From positions 81,034,001-81,098,000 of the forward strand of contig OZ024743.1 of assembly GCA_964016885.1 (NCBI GenBank): a stretch of 64,000 nt of DNA. The letters are read 5' to 3'. A program made the translations under genes and the position numbers. Each line of letters begins with the position of its first letter. Position 1 is the stretch's first letter. The DNA is from Eledone cirrhosa. Lineage: Eukaryota. The notes under the pieces were generated by a model that made no database searches, was not told the origin of the DNA, and saw only the letters and a program-made list of their open reading frames with translations. This document shows positions 55,175 to 64,000 of the stretch, piece by piece.

Positions 55175-55480
55175 AAATATCTCTATTCATTGAGCCATCT
55201 AATCACGCCACATATTTTATATTTATCTCATGGTGGCGAGAGATTAATATGAAATCCTGTACGAAAGATTATAACAACAATGAAATATTTATCACACTAC
55301 ACCTTGTATGTTGTGTGTGCCTTCCATAAATCTATTATCGTTTCCACATTATTGTGGACAATAATAGTTTTATCTGTATTGCCATTACCATAGAATGGAG
55401 AGAGCCACACTATAAATATGTTTTTATTTCTCCGTCTCTTCATAATAAACATTTATACGAATTTATATTTAAGCTTACGC

Positions 55481-55543
<63 letters not shown>

Positions 55544-55639
55544 CACAATATGTATATTTACATATATGTTTATATATATGTATATGTATATAAATATATG
55601 TTTTATGTTTATATATATATATATATATATACAAATATT

Positions 55640-55687
<48 letters not shown>

Positions 55688-55849
55688 TATGTATGTGTAT
55701 ATATATATATATGTATCTGTATATGTATATAAATATATATGTTTTATACGGATATATATATATATATGTGTGTGTGTGAGTGTGTGTGTGTGTGTATACA
55801 TATATATATATATATATCCACATAAAACACACACGCATATTTATATATA

Positions 55850-57060
55850 TATGTATATATATATATATGTGTGTATATATATATATATATGTGTATATAT
55901 ATATGTGTATATATATGTGTATATATATATATATGTGTGCATATATATATATATATGTGTGTATATATATGTGTATATATATCTATGTGTGTATATATAT
56001 ATATGTGTGTATATATATATATATGTGTGTATATATATGTGTATATATATATGTGTGTGTATATATATATATATGTGTGTATATATATATATGTGTGTAT
56101 ATATATATGTGTATATATATGTGTATATATATATATATGTGTGTATATATATATATATATATGTGTGTGTATATATATGTGTATATATATATATGTGTGT
56201 GTATATATATATATGTGTGTATATATATATATGTGTGTGTATATATATGTATATATATATATATGGAGAGAGAGGGAGAGATGCCAGCAGAGATGTAATC
56301 ATACGTATATACACAAATATATACATATCATTGTGTTCGTATGTGTGTATATCTGTATATGTATATCTGTGTGTGTATATCTGTATGTGTATATCTGTGT
56401 GTGTATGTCTGTATGTGTATATCTGTGTGTGTATGTCTGTATGTGTATATCTGTGTGTGTATATCTGTATATGTATATCTGTGTGTGTATATCTGTATAT
56501 GTATATCTGTGTGTGTATATCTGTATATGTATATCTGTGTGTGTATATCTGTATATGTATATCTGTGTGTGTATGTCTGTATGTGTATATATGTGTGTGT
56601 ATATCTGTATATGTATATCTGTGTGTGTATGTCTGTATGTGTATATATGTGTGTGTGTATATCTGTATATGTATATCTGTGTGTGTATATCTGTATATGT
56701 ATATCTGTGTGTGTATATCTGTATATGTATATCTGTGTGTGTATGTCTGTATGTGTATATCTGTGTATGTATATCTGTATATGTATATCTGTGTGTGTAT
56801 GTCTGTATGTGTATATCTGTGTATGTATATCTGTATATGTATATCTGTGTGTGTATGTCTGTATGTGTATATCTGTCTGTATGTGTGTGTCTCTCTGTAT
56901 GTGTGTGTCTGTCCGTATGTGTGTGTCGGTTTGTATGTATGTGTGTGTCTGTCTGTCTGTATGTGTGTGTGTCTGTCTGTGTGTGTGTGTCTGTCTGTCT
57001 GTATGTGTATGTGTGTCTGTCTACCTGTGTGTGTGTGTCTGTCTACCTGTGTGTGTATCC
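55850..57060. repeat. (TA)/(TG) compound and TGTATATCTG-type repeats
   Basis: Seen directly. Confidence 0.9.
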
Positions 57061-57366
57061 ATGTTTAGCACCTGCTATGTTATATGTCATTATCTATTAA
57101 GAAGTAAAACTTTAGCTCCACCTCACAAGTTTTAATATTTTCCCTCAGTTTAGAATACATAAACTATTGATGTATATATGTACATACTTACATATATACA
57201 CACAGATATACATGATGATGGCTGCCCCCTCGTTATCGAGTATGGCCATTGCACGAGGAGAAAAAAAAAAAAATAATAAATAAATAAATAAATAAATAAA
57301 AAAATAATAAATAAATAAATAAAAATTAATAAATAAATAAAAAATAAAATAAAAATAAAAATAAAG

Positions 57367-57443
<77 letters not shown>

Positions 57444-57531
57444 CACATACATATACATACATGCACACACACATATATACACACACACATATACATTATA
57501 TATACAGATATACATACATACATACATACAT

Positions 57532-57880
57532 AGTGGCTGCCAACTCGTTTTCGAGTACGGCCACTACTTTATATCCATGTAGGAGAACCCCTACCAATGC
57601 GTTGAACGAGTGTGACTTTTTAGTCGAGCCAGCGACTTGAAAACTCTGGTTCAAACACTACACCTGTGACAATTATTGACACATAGTGCTGGGCCCATGG
57701 TACCATGTGACGACAAGTGCAGAGAGATCTCCAGATATAAAGCAATGCCTGTGCCGTGAAGCTTTTATAGTGAGCAAAGGCACTGTACAAAGCCAGTCCC
57801 ACTCTCTTAACCAAGATGATATTTACCAAAAAGAAGAACAAGTCAACATCATTGGATACCATCAGGGCTGCAGGTGTTAT
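57532..57880 (-). mobile_element. Second copy of the RTE-like 3' fragment at 20216-20562
   Basis: Highly similar sequence, with near-identical 80-aa ORFs at 20304 and 57620. Confidence 0.75.
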
Positions 57881-58012
57881 ATCAGAGTTTTCCTTCTCCT
57901 AGAATTCTGCCTTGACAAAGGCTAAGGGGTCATCTCTCCCGGATGTACATATTTACATATATACACACAGATATACATACATACGTACATACAAACATTC
58001 ATACATATACAT

Positions 58013-58290
58013 GTGATTATTGGGGCACTGGGGTATATTAGTAACTGCCTCAATACAAATCTTGAGAAGCTGGGCTTCACAGGAACAGAAAGAACACAGT
58101 TAGGAAATTACAAGTACAATCCATTAAAGGAACAGTAAAAATATGTAAAACATTCCAAAAATTTTGCATCCAATAACTGCATATACACATGTACAGATAC
58201 AAAGCATATACACATGCACACATACAACTCAAAACATCCACATCCACACATACAATAACATCCATATCTACACATGCATGCATACATACA
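58013..58290 (+). mobile_element. 5'-truncated 3' end of the second R4/Dong family
   Basis: Matches 11808-12060 (VIIGALG..GTVKICKTFQKFCI plus 3' UTR) and is flanked by CATA-type repeats. Confidence 0.85.
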
Positions 58291-58478
58291 TATCTACCTA
58301 GTTGATGTTGTGTAAATTCCAATGAGAGAGTCTTGTGTCTATGTTAGAAACCGACTCTCTCTCTATTGGTAAAACTTTGTGAAATTATAAAACCAGAAGA
58401 ACATATACATACAAATATACATAGACACATATATACATACGTACATATACATATATACATACATACATACACACATAT

Positions 58479-58553
<75 letters not shown>

Positions 58554-58642
58554 AACGTGCATAAGAACTTATATACATATATTCTTTTATTGGTTTAGTT
58601 TGCAAGTACTCAATACATCAGTGGTGTGAAAATATCAATATT

Positions 58643-58740
58643 TAATATAGAAATGACTTCTACAGGAATAGTACTGTTTCATTCCTGATGATTTCATACG
58701 AATGTAACAGTTCTAGTCCTATAGAAGCAATTTCTATATC
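58643..58740. repeat. Fold-back of the 19940 hammerhead family (GAAA decayed to GTAA in the right arm)
   Basis: ...CTTCTACAGGAATAGTACTGTTTCATTC CTGATGATTTCATACGAATGTAACAGTTCTAGTCCTATAGAAG... Confidence 0.7.
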
Positions 58741-58749
58741 ATATGTATA

Positions 58750-59398
58750 TATACAAATAGAAGTTTAGTAAAATCGAAGTTTTGGCCGTGGGCAAGCTAA
58801 CGATATACAATTAGGAATGTGCAGCAAAGCACTCGATAAAGTTGTGTCACCTTAGAGTAATAACATACGTTAGATAGCTTGACAAATTGAGGACTGCGTC
58901 ATGTGAGTCCTGCCACATGATACCGAAGCAACGAAAAAAAACAATCAGGTCTTGATAACAAACCTGGACCATCTCATCGATATTAAGCAATATCTCCGAG
59001 AGGTTTCTATGAAATCCGAAATCAACAATTCCACTTGCGCAGTATGCAAGTTTTTGGTTTTGGATGACCGAACAGTGGATTCACTTTATTAACAGGCTAC
59101 CGTTCTGTGCCGCGAGCCGGTGTGCTGGCGGTCACGTGGTTTTTCCCCAAAGGGAGGTAACCTCCGGTTTTTGACGGACGAATTCAAATTGTGAACGCAG
59201 GAATAAATTCCATTCCATAAACCGAATCAAGTTCTTGACAAGACGTTATTAAACAAACATAAATAATTAACCAATCAATAGAATTGTCTAATTAAATTAA
59301 TTAATTAATCATTAAGTCTAGGAGATAATTATACAAATGGAAGTTTAGTAAAATCGAAGTTTTGGCTGTTGCCAAGCTAACGATATGCAATCAGGAAT
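58750..59398 (-). mobile_element. Retrozyme-like element: ~580-bp unit, ~68-bp direct repeats and a decayed hammerhead at 58962-59097 (partial relative at 38420-38625)
   Basis: ATACAAATRGAAGTTTAGTAAAATCGAAGTTTTGGC occurs at 58751 and 59331. Minus strand reads gcctg-TTAATAA-gtgaatcc..ggatttcat-GAAA-cc tctc..gaga tgg-TC-caggt. Confidence 0.55.
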
Positions 59399-59501
59399 AT
59401 ATATATAACGAAGGGAGTGTGGTAAGGAACCAGGTGGAGCATAACGCACCAGAGTACTCAATACTTTGGGTAGTAGAGTGGGTAATAGGAAAATGATCAA
59501 G

Positions 59502-59593
59502 ACCCGACGGCAGAGCTCGAGCCGTTTCGACGGCTATTTCTGGACTAAATTAGATTTTTAGCGTGGTAATAAATAGCCGAACTTTTCAAGGGG
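59502..59593 (-). ncRNA. Type I hammerhead with U3-A8 covariant core (TTGAAAA), GUC site
   Basis: ccc-TTGAAAA-g tt cggctattt...aaatagccg t c-GAAA-cggc tcgagctct gccg-TC-ggg. Confidence 0.7.
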
Positions 59594-60124
59594 TAATTCC
59601 TTATATGGGAAGATTGTAGTTGTCAAGAGGATTGGTCAAAATTTCTTGTAAACACTATTAAATCTTTCATGGCGGGGGATGGGAGGTGGGGTGGCTGAAC
59701 TTGCCTGTAGAACAATGAGGGAGTGGGTGGAGCTGGTCAAGTGTTGAAAGTGAATTCTATACAGCAAATTCTAAGGAGTGTGTATGAAATTAGGCTAGCT
59801 AGAAATCAGGCGAAAAAATAATTCTCGAGGAATCTCAGAGTGGGAAGTTATAAAATTAAAAAGTTAATAAATTGAAATTGAAAAATAAAAATAATAATAA
59901 TATTAAAAAATTAAATAATAAAAAAACTAATTAAAAAACTAGAGTCTAAAACAGCTGTTATATTTTTAGCTGGTATTGCGTTTTCGGCCAATGCTATATA
60001 GAAATTACTGGGATGGGGGTACTGGGGCTACAAAAGCCCGATGGGCTGCCTCAGGGTAAGCGAAAGAGGAAAAAGGAAAAGGAAGAGGAGAAGGAGTGGA
60101 AGGATGTGAGAAGAGATAAACATT

Positions 60125-60345
60125 GCTGTTCGTACGTACGCATCATAGTCTGCCTTTCATTCTGAGGAAGAAGACTTTTGCAGCTAGCAGTGATATTAGC
60201 TCCCTGAACTGCCTCCATCCTGTTCTTACTCTGGCTTCTCTACTTCCAGAACACCCACCACCGCTGCTAATTTGGTCACCTAAGTAGCAGGAACTATCTA
60301 CTTTTTCTACAGAGCCCTCCCGGAAATATGTATCATGATTTTGCA
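60125..60345 (-). mobile_element. RTE/RTE-X LINE RT fragment
   Basis: EKVDSSCYLGDQISSGGGC..ARVRTGWRQFREL..LL..KGRL (post-YADD RT region). Confidence 0.75.
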
Positions 60346-60589
60346 ACATTAAATGAATATTTGGAATCTGGCTTTCAGTGTTTCATGAAAGTATTTAACT
60401 CAGTTCCGCTACCAACCACGAGATACCACATCTATGATGGATGATACACATGACGTTGAGTACTTTTGTTATGCATCATGATCTGCTAATCGGAATAACC
60501 ATATCTACCCACTAGTTAATCTTAAATGGTTTATATATATCAGAATGGCTGCGGTAAAACCCAGTTAGACCATTAGTCATCAGAGTTCT

Positions 60590-60720
60590 TGATATTTGGG
60601 GTAGTAGACTAAGTAATATGAAAAATTCGGGACCCGACGGCTGAGCTCCTGCCGTTTCAACAGGTAGATCCAAACTGTTGAAACGGCAGGAACTCGGCCG
60701 TCGGGGTAATTAATTTTTCA
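60590..60720. repeat. Diverged fold-back relative of the 59502 family
   Basis: CCCGACGGCTGAGCTCCTGCCGTTTCAACAG / CTGTTGAAACGGCAGGAACTCGGCCGTCGGG. Confidence 0.75.
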
Positions 60721-60744
60721 TATATATATATATATATATATATA

Positions 60745-60953
60745 ACAAACAAATTGTGGTAAGGAACCAGATGGACCATAACGCACCAGAGTATTCAATA
60801 CTTAGGGTAGTAGAGTGGGAAATAGGAAAAAGTATGACCCCGACGGCAGAGCTCAAGCCGTTTCGACGGCTATTTCTGGACTAAATTAAAATTCTAATTT
60901 AGTCCAGAAATAGCAGTCGAAACGGCTTGAGCTCTGCCGTCGGGGTCATACTT

Positions 60954-60958
<5 letters not shown>
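60745..60958. repeat. Fold-back truncated copy of the 59502 hammerhead family
   Basis: Matches ~59418-59552, then inverts inside hammerhead stem II, with arms of ~65 bp. Confidence 0.85.
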
Positions 60959-60989
<31 letters not shown>

Positions 60990-61394
60990 GTTTGAATTTG
61001 ATGGTTTACCACTGAGAAGAATTGATCATTCAGCAATGTTAATCATGACGTAATATGAGAAAAGCACTCGACGTTATGCAACTCATCCATCTTTGATATT
61101 GAATTATGTTGATAGTGCGGGAACGGAGTAAATATATTATAAAGTGAAATGACAGGAGCCCAAATATGTTGAATTTCCTTAATTATTTATTTCTGAAAAG
61201 ACTGTGCACATTTCAATGACCAGGTTGCGTAGGAACCCGGTGACATCTTTAGGTGTAAATTACGTAATAGATGTATACCAAGTGAATGATGGTAAACTTT
61301 AAGGAAATAAGCAAAGAAAAAACAGAAGAAAAAAGTGTGTTCATGTTTTTTACCTAGACACGTTCGAAGCAGCATGTTACAAGGCCTCGCCGTC

Positions 61395-61440
<46 letters not shown>

Positions 61441-61992
61441 TATAACAAGTAGTGATCCAGCATGACATGTCTTGTATGTAAATCTAAGTAAGCTTTGTCC
61501 ACTTGATGGATTTCATCTAAGAAAACACTGCAATAAGAAAAAAAGCTGCAGTTGTTAATATTCTTTACGCGTGTTTCACAGTAAAATGTAAAATAAGTAT
61601 TTATCATTAGTAGACCGTGAGCATGTAAGAAGACAGAGAGGGGGAGTGAGAAAGGAGAGAATGAGGGAGGGAGAGATGAAGGAGAAATTGAGATCAATTC
61701 TGAAAGAATCTTAGTAAAAGTTTTAATGTAGACATATTTGAGATGTCTGGCCTTACCAGATGGTGTCAATAGAGAGAAATAGAGAATGTAAGTGACTGAG
61801 AGAGAGAGGGAGAGAGCGAGAGTGTAAGTGACTGAGAGTACGAGAGAGAGAGAGGTAGTGTCTGGTTGAGTACATAGCTTCTGGCTATGTCATCGCCAAA
61901 ATAAAAAGAAGAAATACGTATACCAATGTACTTCCAAAGCAAGCATTCGATGAAGCATAACTATCCATTAGGAGGCAGATGTTTGCTGATAT

Positions 61993-62057
<65 letters not shown>

Positions 62058-62157
62058 TACATACATGCATATATATATATACATACATAAATGCATATAT
62101 ATACATACATATATATATACATACATACATATATATATACATACATACATATATATT

Positions 62158-62187
<30 letters not shown>

Positions 62188-62189
<2 letters not shown>

Positions 62190-62383
62190 ACAAAGGAATT
62201 GTGGTAAGGAACCAGATGGACCAATAACGCACCAGAGTACTCAATACTTAGGGTAGTAGAGTGGGAAATAGGAAAAAGTATCACCCCGACGGCAGAGCTC
62301 AAGCCGTTTCGACGGCTAGTTCTGGAGTCCAGAAATAGCCGTCGAAAAGGCTTGAGCTCTACCGTCGGGGTCATACTTTTTCC
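62188..62383. repeat. Another fold-back truncated copy of the 59502 hammerhead family
   Basis: Same 5' flank as 60745, with inversion at TCTGGA/TCCAGA inside stem II. Confidence 0.85.
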
Positions 62384-62395
62384 TATATATATATA

Positions 62396-64000
62396 CATGG
62401 AGGCTATGGGTTTGGTACTAGAAATGAGGAAGGCTCCAGAATCCTGGAATTCTGTGACGCAAATAACCTAACTATCTGTAACACTAACTTCAAAAAACGT
62501 GACAATCACCTGATCACCTATAGATCGGGGGAACACACAAGCCAGGTAGATTATATCCTTACCAGAAGACGTGACAGAGTGTCTGTTGTAAACACTAAAT
62601 CCCTCCCCCATGAAGAATGCACCTCCCAACATAGACTGATAATTAGCGACCTAATAGTCAGGACGAGACGTACTAGACAGCAGAAGTGGACTATCCTCAG
62701 GAGAAAAATATGGAAGCTAAATGACCCCACAGCCAGAAATAAATTTAAAAGCATACTACTTGATGCTTTCGACAGTAAGGAAGAGCAATTAGAGTCGTAC
62801 AATATAGAGGAACAGTGGGAATTCCTGAAAGCAAACCTGCTGATGGCGGCAGACGAAGTCTGTGGCTGGAGCAGGCCTGTAGGCAGGAGGAGAGTAACGT
62901 GGTGGTGGAACAGTAAGGTAGAGGGGTCAATTAAGGTCAAAAAGCAGGCTTGGAAAGTATGGCTGGATGGGGGAAGTAGAGAAGACTATCAAGTGGCAAG
63001 GAGAGAAGCTAGGAGACAAGTGTACTTCGCAAGAAGGGAAGCAGAGGAAAGAAAGTTCAAGCATGTTCTACAACGCGAGGACCAAAAACGTGAGGTGTTC
63101 AGGATTGCTAGGCAATGTGTCAAGGAAAACCGTGATATTGTCGGGGAGAAGTGTGTATTTAATGATGACGGCGTACTTGCCATCACCGACACTGATAAGA
63201 AGGTAGCTTGGAAGTGTCACTACGAAAGGCTACTAAATGAGGAGAATAAATGGGAGAAAGACAGTCTCCCCCACATCGACCCAATAGAGGGACCAGCAGT
63301 GTTAGTCGAGGGCAGTATAATAAGTAAGGCAATCAAAGATATGAAGACGGGTAAGGCGGCTGGGCCTTCGGAAATAGTTGCTGAGATGCTGAAGGCATCT
63401 GGTACGGTGGGACACACCATGGTCACCCGGATAATTAAGCAAGTCGTACAGAATGGGGTTGTTCCGAAGGACTGGCGTAGCAGCATCATTGTTAACTGTT
63501 ATAAGGGTAAAGGAGATGCCCTAGATAGGAGTAACTATAGAGGCATTAAATTAATCGACCAGGTCATGAAGGTCACGGAAAAAGTAATAGCGCAACTAAT
63601 CAGAGAGAGAATTGATCTAGATGAAATGCAGTTCGGATTTGTGTCAGGCAAAAGTACCACAGACGCTCTTTTCATTGTACGACAACTACAGGAGAAGTAC
63701 CTAGCTAAAAGTAAACCCCTATACTTAGCTTTTGTCGACTTGGAGAAAGTCTTCGACAGAGTCCCCCGTTCCATTAACTGGTGGGCTCTTAGAAAACTAG
63801 GTGTTGACGAATGGCTTGTGAGAGCTATACAAGCCATGTATAAAGAAACAGTCAGCAAGGTTAGAATTAACAACGAATATAGTGAAGAGTTTAGCGTAAA
63901 AGTTGGTGTTCATCAGGGCTCTGTTCTCAGCCCCCTACTATTTATTATTGCCCTTCAGGCTATAACAGAGGAGTTCAAGCCCGGCTGCCCATGGGAACTC
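62396..64000 (+). mobile_element. RTE/RTE-X-clade LINE, 5'-truncated within the APE domain, with an apparently open ORF through RT that runs off the window
   Basis: [90 protein letters not shown] and GVHQGSVLSPLLF. Confidence 0.92.

Noticed and set aside
61195-61258. Minus-strand CTAAAGA..GAAA-tgtgcaca hammerhead remnant
   Set aside because: The core is mutated and stem I does not pair. It may be a relic but cannot be supported as a feature.

Overview
This is AT-rich, repeat-saturated eukaryotic DNA. The SINE-type fragments and (TA)n/(CA)n/(TACA)n microsatellites resemble a cephalopod (Octopus-like) genome, which is an inference. No host gene is recognisable, and almost all listed ORFs are translations of simple repeats. 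Five tandem satellites are present (24, ~46, 47/56, 37 and 28 bp units). The transposable elements are a near full-length, decayed R4/Dong-type RLE non-LTR retrotransposon with fragments of a second family, a minus-strand Penelope-like element (RT + C-terminal GIY-YIG, Naiad-like) interrupted by a Buster-type hAT transposon, RTE-clade LINE pieces (one with an apparently open ORF running off the right edge) and tRNA-type SINE fragments. The most striking feature is about 20 type I hammerhead-ribozyme motifs (intact, variant and decayed) from more than ten different sequence families. They lie in short non-coding inserts within (TA)n tracts, often as fold-back palindromes or as ~480-580 bp units bracketed by direct repeats, which is a retrozyme-like architecture. 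All RNA folds were assigned by eye and are untested.
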